NCBI GenBank assembly: GCA_021325635.1
Contig: JAJPGV010000018.1
Span: forward strand, 94,412-158,411
Source: Chloroflexota bacterium
Lineage (GTDB): Bacteria > Chloroflexota > JAJPGV01
DNA: 64,000 bases
Direction of reading: 5' to 3'
Of this stretch, positions 1 to 11,527 are shown one piece after another; position 1 is the first letter of the stretch; each line of letters starts with the position of its first letter. Under the pieces are notes generated by a model. It saw nothing but the letters and a program-made list of their open reading frames with translations, was not told the DNA's origin and ran no database searches. A program made the translations under genes and the position numbers.

Positions 1-1
1 G

Positions 2-376
2 GAGGTGCGCAAACGCTTCCCCGAAGCCCGCTTCGCCTTCAACTGGTCGTCGTCGTTCAAGTGGTTCAACGAGATCCGCCCGATCACCTTTCGTGAGCTG
101 GCGGACCTGGGCTACCGCTTCATCTTCATCACGCTCGGCGCCCAGCACGCCAACGGCTACGGCCTGAGCCTGCTGCTGCAGGCCATGCGCGAGCGCGAAG
201 AGCAGGGCTATGTGGAGCTGCAGCGGAAAGAGTGGGCCGCCGGCGCTGATTTCCCTACCCGAAGCCACCACCTCTTCTCGGGCGTGCCGTACTACCACCT
301 GGTTGGCAGCGCCTACGGCGGGGAGCGGCTTGGACAGGAATTCGTTGAAGATCTGCCCGAAAGCGCGGTCGTTTGA
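2..376 (+). CDS. aceA: isocitrate lyase, C-terminal fragment (5' end outside window)
   Basis: The ORF runs in from the window edge. Its tail (FAFNWSSSFKW...YRFIFITLGAQHANGYGL...YVELQRKEW) matches the conserved ICL C-terminus, and malate synthase follows directly. Confidence 0.75.
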   Translation, partial: EVRKRFPEARFAFNWSSSFKWFNEIRPITFRELADLGYRFIFITLGAQHANGYGLSLLLQAMREREEQGYVELQRKEWAAGADFPTRSHHLFSGVPYYHLVGSAYGGERLGQEFVEDLPESAVV

Positions 377-403
377 ACGGCGGCGGGCAGCGAGGAGCAT
401 AGA

Positions 404-2020
<1,617 letters not shown>

Positions 2021-2067
2021 AACCGCTCTCGTAGCGCTTGCTCTTGGCGAGCCCCTACCATTAGGGA

Positions 2068-4572
2068 ATGGCCGCAGCGCACGACTTCAACCTGCCGGGA
2101 GACGAGCCGCACTACACGCCCGACCGCTTCTATCGCGCCGAGCACCTGGTGCTCGAGATTACGGTCGATCCCGACACTCATCGCATCGAGGGTGCAGCCA
2201 GCTACACCCTCCGCCCGGTCAACGCTCCTCTAACTGAGAACCTGCCCGACGTCGTCCTCGACGCCATGGAGATGGAGATCGAAGACGTCTCTCCCGCGCG
2301 CAGCTGGTCTCACGCGGACGGCAAGCTGCTGGTGCAGCCGGACGTGGCGCTGGTGAGCTCGCCGGTTCGCTTTTCGGTCCGCTACAGCGCCGAGCCACGC
2401 AAGGGTATGTACTTCATCGAGCCCGACGAAGGCTATCCCGAGCGCCCCCGACAGATCTGGACTCAGGGGCAGGCGGAAGACACCCGCTACTGGATCCCCA
2501 GCTTCGACTTTCCCAACCAGAAGCTGACGACCGAGGTGATCGCTACCGTTCCCGATCGGCTGACGGTTGTTTCCAACGGCAGGCTGCTGGCGGCGGAGCC
2601 GGCGGGTCCGGGCCGCAAGCGCTGGCACTTCAAGCAGGAAATACCGCATCCGGCTTACCTCATGAGCCTGGCCGCCGGCGAATTCTCCGAGGTCAAGGAT
2701 TCCTGGGAAGGCGTACCGGTGTCGTACTTCGTGCAACCCGGCCGCGAGGACGATGCCCGCCGCGCGTTCGGCAACACGCCGCGGATGATCGACTTCTTTT
2801 CGAAGGCGACGGGCGTTCCCTACCCCTACGCCAAGTACTCGCAGGTTGCTGCCGCGGACTTCATCTACGGCGGCATGGAAAACACCTCGGCCACCACGCA
2901 GACGGAGCGCACGCTGCACGACGAGCGCGCGCACCTCGATTTCTCCAGCGATCCGCTGGTTTCGCATGAGCTTGCCCATCAGTGGTTCGGCGACCTCGTG
3001 ACCTGCCGCGACTGGGGCCACGGCTGGCTGAACGAAAGTTTCGCCACCTACTGCGAGACGCTGTGGCGGGAGCACGATCTTGGGCAGGACGAGTTCCTCT
3101 ATGACCTCTACGGCCTGCTGCAGGCCTACCTGGGGGAGTCGCGCGAACGCTACACCCGGCCTATCGTCACCAACGTCTATCACGACCCATCCGACGTGTT
3201 CGATCGGCACCTGTACGAGAAAGGCGGCCTGGTGCTGCACATGATCCGCCGCCAGCTTGGCGACGCCGCCTGGTGGGCTTCGGTCAAGCACTATCTGGAA
3301 GCGCACCGCGCCGGCAACGTCGTCACCCTCGACTGGCAGCGGGCCATCGAGGACGTCACCGGGCGCAACCTCGAGGAGCTTTTCCAGCAATGGGTCTTTT
3401 CACCGGGCCATCCCGACCTCAAGGTCAGTTACGCCTGGGACGCCAAGTCGCGCCTCGCCAGCGTGACGGTCAAACAGGCCGAGCCGGCCAAAGGGGCGGC
3501 GCCCGGCCGGCTGTTCGCGCTGGACTTCGATCTCGGCTTCGTGCTGGCGGACGGATCCGTCCACACCATTCCCGCTCGGCTCGACACCGTGGAGCGGACG
3601 TTTGCCGTGCACCTGGCGGACGAGCCGCTGCGCGTGCGTTTCGATCCCGGCTTCGGCGTGGCGGTGCGCACGGCCAGCTTCGATCTGCCGCTGCGCATGC
3701 TGCAGCGGCAGCTGGCCGACGACCCGGACGTGCTGTTGCGCATCGACGCCGCCAAGGCGCTTGGCAAGAAGGGTGACCGCCAGTCAGTCGGCTCGTTGGC
3801 GATGGCTTTGCGTGAGGAACGTTTTTGGGGCGTCCAGACGCAGGTGGCCAAGGCCATGGGCGAGGCCAAGACGTCGGCCGCCAAGGATGCGCTGCTGCGG
3901 GCCATGGATTTGCCGCATCCCAAGGCCCGCCGTGGCGTGGTCGAGGCGCTTGGCGCCTTCCGTGAGGCCGATGTGGCGGAGGCGCTGAAAGAGAAGGCGC
4001 GGAAGGGCGACGCCAGCTACCTGGTGGAGGCGGAGACCTTCCGCTCATTGGGCAAGACCCGCCAGGACGGCGTCTACGACGTTCTCCTGTCCGGCCTGGA
4101 TCGGCCTTCCCATGACGAGACCATCCGCCAGGCCGTGTTCGACGGTCTCAAGGAGCTGCGCGACGAGCGCGCCGTCGAGGTGGCCTTGGAATGGGCTCGC
4201 TACGGACGGCCCAACCGGGTGCGAGATGCCGCCATCCGATCGCTGGAACGGCTGGGCGAGAAAGAGTCTCGGGTGGACGACCTGCTCGCGGACGTGCTCG
4301 AGGACCAGCGCATCGCCTCGCGTGGCGCCCGGGCGGCGGCCGTGAACCTGGTGCGCAAGCGTAAGAAGGAGGATGCTATCCCCACGCTGGAGCGCGTGGC
4401 CGAACGCGACGTGGACGAGCGCATCCGCCGCTCAGCGCGAGAAGCGCTGCAGGGCCTCCGGGCCGGCGCCGATCACGACGACGAGCTGCGCCAGCTCCGC
4501 GAGCGCGTCGACGGCCTAGCCGAGGAGAATCGCAAGCTCCGCGACCGCCTCGATAAGCTGGAAGCCCGCTAG
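2068..4572 (+). CDS. pepN: M1-family aminopeptidase N-like metallopeptidase with C-terminal HEAT-like repeats and a coiled-coil tail
   Basis: 834 aa carrying the gluzincin HELAHQWFG...NESFATY motif and a GAMEN-like GGMEN. The C-terminus has alpha-repeats and a coiled coil. Confidence 0.85.
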   Translation: MAAAHDFNLPGDEPHYTPDRFYRAEHLVLEITVDPDTHRIEGAASYTLRPVNAPLTENLPDVVLDAMEMEIEDVSPARSWSHADGKLLVQPDVALVSSPVRFSVRYSAEPRKGMYFIEPDEGYPERPRQIWTQGQAEDTRYWIPSFDFPNQKLTTEVIATVPDRLTVVSNGRLLAAEPAGPGRKRWHFKQEIPHPAYLMSLAAGEFSEVKDSWEGVPVSYFVQPGREDDARRAFGNTPRMIDFFSKATGVPYPYAKYSQVAAADFIYGGMENTSATTQTERTLHDERAHLDFSSDPLVSHELAHQWFGDLVTCRDWGHGWLNESFATYCETLWREHDLGQDEFLYDLYGLLQAYLGESRERYTRPIVTNVYHDPSDVFDRHLYEKGGLVLHMIRRQLGDAAWWASVKHYLEAHRAGNVVTLDWQRAIEDVTGRNLEELFQQWVFSPGHPDLKVSYAWDAKSRLASVTVKQAEPAKGAAPGRLFALDFDLGFVLADGSVHTIPARLDTVERTFAVHLADEPLRVRFDPGFGVAVRTASFDLPLRMLQRQLADDPDVLLRIDAAKALGKKGDRQSVGSLAMALREERFWGVQTQVAKAMGEAKTSAAKDALLRAMDLPHPKARRGVVEALGAFREADVAEALKEKARKGDASYLVEAETFRSLGKTRQDGVYDVLLSGLDRPSHDETIRQAVFDGLKELRDERAVEVALEWARYGRPNRVRDAAIRSLERLGEKESRVDDLLADVLEDQRIASRGARAAAVNLVRKRKKEDAIPTLERVAERDVDERIRRSAREALQGLRAGADHDDELRQLRERVDGLAEENRKLRDRLDKLEAR

Positions 4573-4605
4573 GCGTGACCCCCTGTGCGCCCCTAGTCTT
4601 CGACG

Positions 4606-5367
4606 TCACGCCAGCTGCCGGCCAACGCGGGGCGCCGGCTCGTCGAACAGGCGGCCGTATCCGGTAATCCGGTCCGGCAGGCCAATCGCCGCCAGCGCCC
4701 ACCACAGGATGGCCGTGAGCTGCGTGACCACTGGCTTGCCGGTCTCTCGTTCGATCCGCTCGACGCTGCCGACGACCGGCCACTGCGGACAGGAGAGATA
4801 GAACGCGTCGGTACCCGGCTGCTCCCGGAACGAGGCCATGGCTTTCTCATAGGCGCTGTCGAAGTGGAGCTCGCTGATCAGCTCGGCCAGCCGGAGCTCC
4901 TCGCCCTTGGCGCTCACGACCTCCAGGCCATGAGCCTCGAGCATTCGAACCGAGTTGTCCACAATGGGCTTCTGGTACGGCGAGATGAACGAGATGCGCC
5001 TGGCGCCCAGGGTCCGGAGGGCCTCGATCACCAGACCGGCATCGGTCTCCACGGGAATATCCGGCCCGACCGCTGCCTGGAGCCTCGAGGTCAGCTCGAG
5101 GTAGTACTTCGGCCCACGGGCCACCTGCAGGGGCAGGCCGGTTTGGACAATCACGTTCGTTTTGCGGAGCGCCAGCTCGTGCGCTGCCGTTTCTGTCGCC
5201 TCGAGCGCCCGATCGAAATCGCGCTCCGTCAGCTCCGGCAAACCGAGGCTGGCCACACACCAGGTCAGCCCCGCGGGCCGAATCCGAAATGCCTCTTCCA
5301 GGACCGTCTCATTGCAGCGCGGCGGAACGATCAATCCGATACTTCCCTTTGACCTGTACCGATCCAT
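4606..5367 (-). CDS. Asp/Glu/hydantoin-racemase superfamily protein (maleate isomerase / arylmalonate decarboxylase-like)
   Basis: 253 aa; the overall pattern resembles maleate cis-trans isomerase family members. Convergent with pepN. Confidence 0.55.
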   Translation of the reverse strand: MDRYRSKGSIGLIVPPRCNETVLEEAFRIRPAGLTWCVASLGLPELTERDFDRALEATETAAHELALRKTNVIVQTGLPLQVARGPKYYLELTSRLQAAVGPDIPVETDAGLVIEALRTLGARRISFISPYQKPIVDNSVRMLEAHGLEVVSAKGEELRLAELISELHFDSAYEKAMASFREQPGTDAFYLSCPQWPVVGSVERIERETGKPVVTQLTAILWWALAAIGLPDRITGYGRLFDEPAPRVGRQLA

Positions 5368-5590
5368 GACTCGCGCACCTCAGCTTTCTTCGCGTGCCTT
5401 CTCAGCAGACCCGACCAGACTACCAGGAGGGGTGCGGACTGATCGGCCAAACATGGGTCGGATCGGCTAGTAGGAAAAAGCGCCCACTTGCCTTCCGAAC
5501 GGTCGCAACCGGTCGGATACTCATCATGGACAGTGTCAGTCTCGGCAGACGGAGCTGCCGAGGCGTCGAAACAAGCGTAGCGAGGGAACA

Positions 5591-6631
5591 ATGATGAGCT
5601 TGCCGCCGTTCGTACCCCAGTTCCTGGCTTTGCTCGCCGCCGTGCTTGCCGGGTCGCAGATGGTACCGGCGGCGACTGCTGCCGATTGCCAGCTCTATCC
5701 CTGGGCCTGTCAGAGCGCGAATTCCGGGACCGGCAGCCCGAGCCCCAGCAGTGGCGGCGCTGGCACTGCGTCCACCCAGGCGGCTCCGGCCGCTGCCGCT
5801 CCCGCACCGTCTGCCGGCGGCTGCCAGTTCATCCTGGGCTTCGCCTCTCTCCACAGTCTCGATCCGGCTGATATCGGCGATTGTCAGGACAACCAGGCGT
5901 TCGCGGGCAATGGCGACGCTCAGCAGCATACGACCAAGGGCCTGATGGCCTGGCGCAAAGCCGACAATTGGACGGCGTTTACCAACGGCTACATGACCTG
6001 GATCAATGGCCCCGGCGGGCTGGTTAGCCGGTTGAATACGCAGCGCTGCTCGTTCGAGGGTGACGCGGCGAGCTTCCCGGCCGCGTCCTGCGGGGCAGCG
6101 TCGGCGCCAGCCTCGCAGGCCCCGGCGCAGCAGGCGCCTGCCGCCGGCAGCAGCGGCTGCCTCCCGGGTATCGCCGGAGCGTATGAGAAGTACACCAGCC
6201 ATGCTCAGAACGGCGTGGCGCCACGGAATGGCGCAATCGAGCTGTTGACCCTTGGCGCCGATTGCTCATGGCAGCTGAATGGTGGTGCGAAGGGCACCTG
6301 GTCGGTCGATAGCATCCAGGCAGCAGACGTGAAGTATTGGGGCGGGCAGCCTTCGGGCTCCACGACCAAGATCACGTTCAACGGCTGGCCGGGCTCGACC
6401 AGCGGGACGGCAACCGGGCCTGTCGAGATGAGCGGCAGCTCCCCGAATTTCGTCTGGGGTGTGTATGACTCCGGAACCTCGCTTGGCCAGATGCAGATGC
6501 GCTACGAGTACAACTCCAATCCATGCGGACCGCAGAACGCCATCTGCACCGGCTCCGGTGGCGGCAGCAACCTGGCTGAAACGATGATGCGCATCGAAGC
6601 AGCCCAAGGCGCGGCCAACATCAGCTTGTAG
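5591..6631 (+). CDS. secreted Cys-containing protein with a low-complexity Pro/Ala/Ser/Gly linker
   Basis: 346 aa with an N-terminal signal peptide (LALLAAVLAGSQMVPAATA). A PSPSSGG/AAPAAAAPAP linker is followed by a Gly/Ser/Thr-rich Cys-containing domain. A GAGGGA RBS sits before the ATGATG start. Confidence 0.55.
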   Translation: MMSLPPFVPQFLALLAAVLAGSQMVPAATAADCQLYPWACQSANSGTGSPSPSSGGAGTASTQAAPAAAAPAPSAGGCQFILGFASLHSLDPADIGDCQDNQAFAGNGDAQQHTTKGLMAWRKADNWTAFTNGYMTWINGPGGLVSRLNTQRCSFEGDAASFPAASCGAASAPASQAPAQQAPAAGSSGCLPGIAGAYEKYTSHAQNGVAPRNGAIELLTLGADCSWQLNGGAKGTWSVDSIQAADVKYWGGQPSGSTTKITFNGWPGSTSGTATGPVEMSGSSPNFVWGVYDSGTSLGQMQMRYEYNSNPCGPQNAICTGSGGGSNLAETMMRIEAAQGAANISL

Positions 6632-6731
6632 CGAACAGCGCGGTGGCGGCCCGCTTGCCGGCCGCGAAAAGCCGCTGCTTCGGAGCCAGGCGCCGCGCGC
6701 CGCCGGTTCCGCTACCCTCGCCGGCGGCGAA

Positions 6732-8078
6732 TCAGCGGGCTGCTGCTCCGACCCCGGGTTTGCGGGCTTCGTCGTGCGCGCCGTGAGTCTCGCTGGCCAG
6801 GTTGGCCACCCATTCACGCCACATGGCCCGGAGGTTGGCTTCGCTATCGCCGCTGGACTGCGGGTGGAAGCCGCGCGAGATGTCGGACCACTGCCCGGCG
6901 GAGGCGGCGTAGCCCTCCTGGCACGACTCCACGGCCTCCATGTCGTCGGGAGCGCCGAAGCCGGCCGAGCCCACGAACAGCTCGAACTGCTCGATGCGTC
7001 GCGCCAGCATCTCCGGCGTCTCGTCGCGAGGGCCGATGGCCCAGTTGTCCACCTCGATGTAGCCGGGCGTTACCGGCCACACCTGCATGAGGATGGAGGC
7101 CACGATGTCGAGCAGGATCAGGTTCGGGTACACAATCACGCTCACCGAGTTGTCGGCAATGGCGGCTGCGCGCTCTTCGCCGAAGCGCTCCACCAGCCGG
7201 CTCCGGGCCGCTTCGACTCCCGGTCTGGCGGCGGGGCCGAAGGCCGGATGCCACACCGCGATGATGCGTCCGTTGGTCGGGTAGCCGAATTCGATCGCCG
7301 CGTGACCGTTGTCCAGGTCGTAGGCCTTGCGGCGGCCGAACACCGCCACCCGGTTGTACTCATCCCACTCCTTGCGGTTGTCACCGGCCTGGCTGCTGAG
7401 GAACTTGAGGTACGTGCGGTGCAGCGTCTCGAAGTGGTAGGTATCGGAGAAGTTCTCCATCATCAGCTTCCAGTTGGCCTTGGTGCCGTAGCGGTAGCCG
7501 CCGGGCACGATGCGCAGGCCTGCCTGGGACTGGTCGGCCAGCCGGTCGATGTACTCGCGCGCTCCGGCCAGGTAGGCCGGCAGCTCTTCGGCATCCGGAT
7601 TGAGGCTCATGAAGTAGAAGCCGCGGTAGCTCTGCACGCGGGGCGGCGACGTCAGGCCCAGCTCGGACTTGTCGAAGCAGGGCCCGTAGGGCGATTCGTC
7701 CGGGACGTTGATCAGCCTGCCGGTGGTGTCGTACGTCCAGCCGTGGTAGAAGCACGAGAAGGCCTTGGCGTTGCCCGAGGCTGCCCGGCACACGGCGGCG
7801 CCCCGATGCCGGCAGCTGTTGAACAGCACCCGCCCCTCGCCGTCGCTGCCGCGAAGGAAGATCACCGGCCGGCGGGCGATGGTTCGGCGGACGAAGTCAC
7901 CGCGCCGCTCGATCTCCGACTCGTGCCCAACGTACAGCCAGCAGCGCTCGAAAATGCGCTCCATCTCCAGATCCAGCACCTCCTGAGAGGTGAAGCTGGA
8001 TCGATGCACGCGGAACACGCCCGCGGTGGGGTCGTCCCGAACCAGATCGGTTGGCTGCACGAAGCTCATCGGTACCAC
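6732..8078 (-). CDS. Rieske non-heme iron ring-hydroxylating dioxygenase, alpha subunit
   Basis: 448 aa with the Rieske motif CRHRG...CFYHGW and a catalytic mononuclear-iron domain. A GTG start sits 3 nt after the beta-subunit stop; an alternative ATG is at 8069. Confidence 0.8.
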   Translation of the reverse strand: MVPMSFVQPTDLVRDDPTAGVFRVHRSSFTSQEVLDLEMERIFERCWLYVGHESEIERRGDFVRRTIARRPVIFLRGSDGEGRVLFNSCRHRGAAVCRAASGNAKAFSCFYHGWTYDTTGRLINVPDESPYGPCFDKSELGLTSPPRVQSYRGFYFMSLNPDAEELPAYLAGAREYIDRLADQSQAGLRIVPGGYRYGTKANWKLMMENFSDTYHFETLHRTYLKFLSSQAGDNRKEWDEYNRVAVFGRRKAYDLDNGHAAIEFGYPTNGRIIAVWHPAFGPAARPGVEAARSRLVERFGEERAAAIADNSVSVIVYPNLILLDIVASILMQVWPVTPGYIEVDNWAIGPRDETPEMLARRIEQFELFVGSAGFGAPDDMEAVESCQEGYAASAGQWSDISRGFHPQSSGDSEANLRAMWREWVANLASETHGAHDEARKPGVGAAAR

Positions 8079-8080
8079 TG

Positions 8081-8566
8081 TTACAGGATGATGCTCACAG
8101 AGCCGTACGGGCTAATCGACTCGAGGTCGATCTGGGCCCTGCGGTAGCGGATCTTCCACCCGTCCTTGCGTCGCAACCTGTACTCGTAGCGGCCCATGAT
8201 CGGCTCGATCTGGCCGTTCCGCAGGCGGCACACCAGGAACGACGCGGTAGCGCGCGCCTCGTCCGGCGTGAGATCGAGGACGCGCACGTTGGTGACAAAG
8301 CGGCGCGTCCGCGGCCGGGGGGCCTCACGGTAAGCGAAGCCGCTCGTCAGCCGTTCCACCCTCCCGCGCAGACGGGCTATGTCATCGTCAATGAGCCCCA
8401 GGACCTGGCCCGGCTGGCCGTCGGGCAGGGTGGGCGACGGCACCACGTACTGCGCATCCTCGGTGAACAGCTCGAGCCACTCGTCCAGCCGCCACTCATC
8501 CAGCAGGGCGGCCTCCTCCGTCAGGAAGTCCTCGATCTCCAGCCGAGTGGCAGCGTCCACGCTCAC
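8081..8566 (-). CDS. ring-hydroxylating dioxygenase beta (small) subunit, SnoaL-like fold
   Basis: 161 aa, immediately upstream of and co-oriented with the alpha subunit. Shows the typical beta-subunit pattern (DEWRLDEWLELFTEDAQY). Confidence 0.7.
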   Translation of the reverse strand: MSVDAATRLEIEDFLTEEAALLDEWRLDEWLELFTEDAQYVVPSPTLPDGQPGQVLGLIDDDIARLRGRVERLTSGFAYREAPRPRTRRFVTNVRVLDLTPDEARATASFLVCRLRNGQIEPIMGRYEYRLRRKDGWKIRYRRAQIDLESISPYGSVSIIL

Positions 8567-8638
8567 GGGCGCGAGTCTATCACCCCCTCCCTCTCTGCCG
8601 GCCGCCCCCTCGCCGGTCCGGCCAAGGGGGCCGTCGCG

Positions 8639-9121
8639 TCAGGCGGGCCTGATCGCGGTCCGCTCAGCGGCCAGCCTGCGCCATAACGTGAGCAGGTGCG
8701 CCAGCGCGGCGGCGATGAGCGCCAGCTCGAGGATCAGCGCCACCGTCCCGAGCCCGCGCGGATTGGGCTGGTGGAAGCTGTTCCAACCGGCCAGCGTTGC
8801 CAGCGTCACCGCGATGACCAGGAGATCGACGATGGCGCGCACGATTGGCCGGGCTCGCAGGGTCACAAGGAAGAGCGCGACCAGGACCAGGTAGGCGATG
8901 AAGTTGAGCACGAAAGCCTGCTCCAGGCCGATGCCGCCCGGCAGGCGCGGAATCGCTCCGCCGGGGGGCGGCCCAGGCGGCGCAGCGCTGGATCCTCTTG
9001 GCCGGGCGCTGGGGGGTGGCCCTCCGAACAGCACCGCGCGCAGCACCAGGTGCAGCGTCCCGGCCGCCAGAGCCAGCGCAGCCACAACGGCCGAGAGCAG
9101 CGCCGCCATCATTCGCCCCAT
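8639..9121 (-). CDS. hypothetical membrane protein (Pro-rich N-terminal region, 3 predicted TM helices)
   Basis: 160 aa with hydrophobic helices. It competes with overlapping ORFs in other frames. Confidence 0.35.
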   Translation of the reverse strand: MGRMMAALLSAVVAALALAAGTLHLVLRAVLFGGPPPSARPRGSSAAPPGPPPGGAIPRLPGGIGLEQAFVLNFIAYLVLVALFLVTLRARPIVRAIVDLLVIAVTLATLAGWNSFHQPNPRGLGTVALILELALIAAALAHLLTLWRRLAAERTAIRPA

Positions 9122-9174
9122 GCGCTGCTCGTACTCCTAGCTCCTCGGCCAGCCGCAGGTTCTGTTCCGCGCCC

Positions 9175-9660
9175 TCAGTCGTCGCGCTCGCCGCTGAGGT
9201 GGCTGACCAGCGCCTCGCTGATGCCGCGCAGCTGGGCCACCTGCTGTTTTGTGAGCTGGTCGAAGAGGTGCGAGCGCACACCCTCTACGTGTCCGTGGGC
9301 CGCCTTCTCCAGCACCCCGAAGCCTTCGTCGGTAAGGACCGCGAATGCCCCGCGGCGGTCGCTCGGACACTCTTCACGCCGGACCCAGCCCATCTGCTCC
9401 AGGCGGGCAATGGCGTGGGACAGGCGGCTGCGGGAGGACAGCGATCGCTCCGCCAGGTCGCTCATGCGCATCCTACGGTCGGGCGCCTCGGATAGCCGTA
9501 CCAGGATCTCGTAGTAGCCGTGCGGCATGCCCGCGTCGCACTGCAGCTCGCGATCGAGCCGGTCCGCGAGCAGCTGAATGGCGGCCAGGAAGGATCGCCA
9601 GGTGCGCTGCTCCTCCTCATCCAGCCATCGCGTCTGTCTCACGGCTCCACTATAGCCCAT
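9175..9660 (-). CDS. MarR-family transcriptional regulator
   Basis: Winged-helix MarR pattern (SDLAERSLSSRSRLSHAIARLEQMGWVRRE...DRRG). The chosen ATG at 9660 gives ~161 aa. Divergent from the YceI–pirin pair. Confidence 0.8.
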   Translation of the reverse strand: MGYSGAVRQTRWLDEEEQRTWRSFLAAIQLLADRLDRELQCDAGMPHGYYEILVRLSEAPDRRMRMSDLAERSLSSRSRLSHAIARLEQMGWVRREECPSDRRGAFAVLTDEGFGVLEKAAHGHVEGVRSHLFDQLTKQQVAQLRGISEALVSHLSGERDD

Positions 9661-9737
9661 AGTAGTTGACAGCTCAACTAAATGGTGGTAGGCTGAGCCG
9701 TGGATAGTTGAACTATCAATTACAAGGAGGCCAAACA
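9641..9737. promoter_or_regulatory. divergent promoter / putative MarR operator with AGTTGA-containing inverted repeats
   Basis: tagTTGACAGCTCAACTa is a 6-4-6 palindrome; a second gatAGTTGAACTATCaa site follows. The YceI RBS AAGGAGG and the ATG at 9738 lie just downstream. Confidence 0.4.
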
Positions 9738-10307
9738 ATGGCAACACCCACCATCAGCACACCCGACATTCCCGGCTACGCCGCCGGCGCCTGGACCATC
9801 GACCCGGTCCATTCGGACGTGTCCTTCACCGTCCGGCACATGATGGTCAGCAAGGTCCGCGGTCGCTTCACCAAGATCGAGGGCCAGATCCGCACCGGCG
9901 CCAACGTGCTCGATTCGTCGGTCGAAGCCAGCATCGATTTGGGCTCGATCGACACCAACAACGAGCAGCGCGACGCGCACATACGATCGGCAGATTTCTT
10001 TGAAGTCGAGAAGTACCCCACCATGAGCTATCGCTCGCTCCGCGTCCGGCCCGATGGTGCCGGCTACGTCGTCGACGGCAACCTCACTCTGCACGGCGTC
10101 ACCCGCCCGGTGGAGCTGGCGCTCGAGCTGAACGGCTTCACCAAGGATCCGTACGGCGGCACGCGCGCCGGCTTCACGGCGACCGCGGAGATCAACCGCA
10201 GGGACTTCGGCGTGGACATCAGCATGCCGATGGATGGCGGCGGCGTGGTGGTGGGCGATAAGGTTCAGATCACCCTCGAAATCGAAGCGGTGCTGCAAAC
10301 AAGCTAG
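9738..10307 (+). CDS. YceI-like periplasmic/polyisoprenoid-binding family protein
   Basis: YceI-family beta-barrel pattern (HSDVSFTVRHMMVSKVRGRF...LTLHGVTRPV). Strong AAGGAGG RBS 8 nt upstream. Confidence 0.85.
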   Translation: MATPTISTPDIPGYAAGAWTIDPVHSDVSFTVRHMMVSKVRGRFTKIEGQIRTGANVLDSSVEASIDLGSIDTNNEQRDAHIRSADFFEVEKYPTMSYRSLRVRPDGAGYVVDGNLTLHGVTRPVELALELNGFTKDPYGGTRAGFTATAEINRRDFGVDISMPMDGGGVVVGDKVQITLEIEAVLQTS

Positions 10308-10317
10308 GAGAGCCCAC

Positions 10318-11073
10318 ATGTCCGCTGCAGAGCAGCTCTTAGTTCCTCGGATCGAGGTGCGGAGAGCGAAGGATCGCTTCCATACGCAGGCCGGTTGGCT
10401 GGATTCACACCACAGCTTCAGCTTTTCCTATCACTTCGATCCCAACAACATCCACCATGGGCTGCTGCTGGTGAGCAACGACGACGTGGTGCGCGGTGGG
10501 ACGGGTTTCTCCACCCACCCGCACCAGGACATGGAGATCGTCACCTGGGTGCTGGACGGCGAGCTCCAGCACCAGGACAGCGAAGGCAACTCGGGCGTGA
10601 TCTATCCCGGGCTGGCCCAGCGGATGAGCGCGGGCACCGGCATCTGGCATTCGGAGATGAACGCCAGCCACGACCGCGACGTGCACTTCATCCAGATGTG
10701 GGTGCTGCCGGACGCCGAGTCCATCAATCCCGGCTACGAGCAGCTGGACATCGGCTCGGAGCTGGGCCGCGGCGGCCTCGTTGCGGTGGCGTCCGGGCAG
10801 GGGCACACGGCGGCAATCTCCATCCGGCAGAAAGAAGCGGTGTTGTGGGTGGGTCGGCTGAAGCCGGGTGAGACGGTGCATGTGCCGGACGCGCCCTTCG
10901 CGCATCTGTATGTGGCTCGTGGCGGAGGTGAGCTCGAGGGCGCCGGCCAGCTCGAGGCGGGCGATGCCGCGCGGCTGACAGCTGCCGGCAGCCCGACCTT
11001 CACTGCCGATCCGGCCAATGGGGCGGAGGTCCTGGTGTGGCAGACGGGTCCGGCGCCAGGCGGGCTGGGCTAG
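10318..11073 (+). CDS. pirin-family bicupin protein
   Basis: Pirin N-domain metal-binding His motif (HPHQDMEIVTWVLDG...HQD...H) plus a C-terminal cupin. Sits 10 nt after yceI. Confidence 0.85.
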   Translation: MSAAEQLLVPRIEVRRAKDRFHTQAGWLDSHHSFSFSYHFDPNNIHHGLLLVSNDDVVRGGTGFSTHPHQDMEIVTWVLDGELQHQDSEGNSGVIYPGLAQRMSAGTGIWHSEMNASHDRDVHFIQMWVLPDAESINPGYEQLDIGSELGRGGLVAVASGQGHTAAISIRQKEAVLWVGRLKPGETVHVPDAPFAHLYVARGGGELEGAGQLEAGDAARLTAAGSPTFTADPANGAEVLVWQTGPAPGGLG

Positions 11074-11266
11074 GCGTCGCCTGCAGGGTAGCTGCGGATG
11101 ACGCCGCGGGGGCTCAAGAGCTGCCGCCGGCCGTGCTGGCCGACGACGCGAACCTCTGAGCGATGCAGCGGCCGCTCCCGTCGGGCGCGCCTGCCTATTT
11201 CCTGACAAAATCCTGACGCCGGGCGGCGCGGTTCGTAATGGTTTCCTAATAACGCGGCTCTACGTT

Positions 11267-11527
11267 TTGAGCATGGCCATCTCCGTAGTGCTGAGCGGTG
11301 CCGAGAACGACGGAGATGTGCTGACCGCCGCGGCGTGCTACGCGGCGCGTCAGCGCTGCGATCTGAACGTCGTGCTCGCGATGACCTTCCCCAGCGGGAC
11401 CTTCCTGCGCCGCTTGGACGTGGCCCTGTGGCGGGTTGCACAGCTGGGCCTGGAAGCGCCTCAGGTCATCGTGGAGCGGCGAAGAGACAGGCCGAAGCCT
11501 CAGGCCCCGGAGGCCGCCGGCGCCTGA
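11267..11527 (+). CDS. hypothetical small protein (86 aa)
   Basis: ORF preceded by an unusually AT-rich stretch; no recognisable domain. Confidence 0.2.
   Translation: MSMAISVVLSGAENDGDVLTAAACYAARQRCDLNVVLAMTFPSGTFLRRLDVALWRVAQLGLEAPQVIVERRRDRPKPQAPEAAGA

Noticed and set aside
2230-3390. 386-aa ORF on the minus strand
   Set aside because: Lies entirely antisense to the well-supported pepN gene. The translation is Arg/Ala/Gly-rich with no domain signal, which is typical of high-GC antisense frames.
4572-4606. Inverted repeat GGCGTGAC...GTCACGCC between convergent pepN and racemase-like genes
   Set aside because: An 8-bp stem with a 24-nt loop and no U-tract is too weak to call a bidirectional terminator.
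6774-8147. 457-aa ORF on the plus strand
   Set aside because: Antisense to the Rieske dioxygenase alpha subunit. Low-complexity composition.
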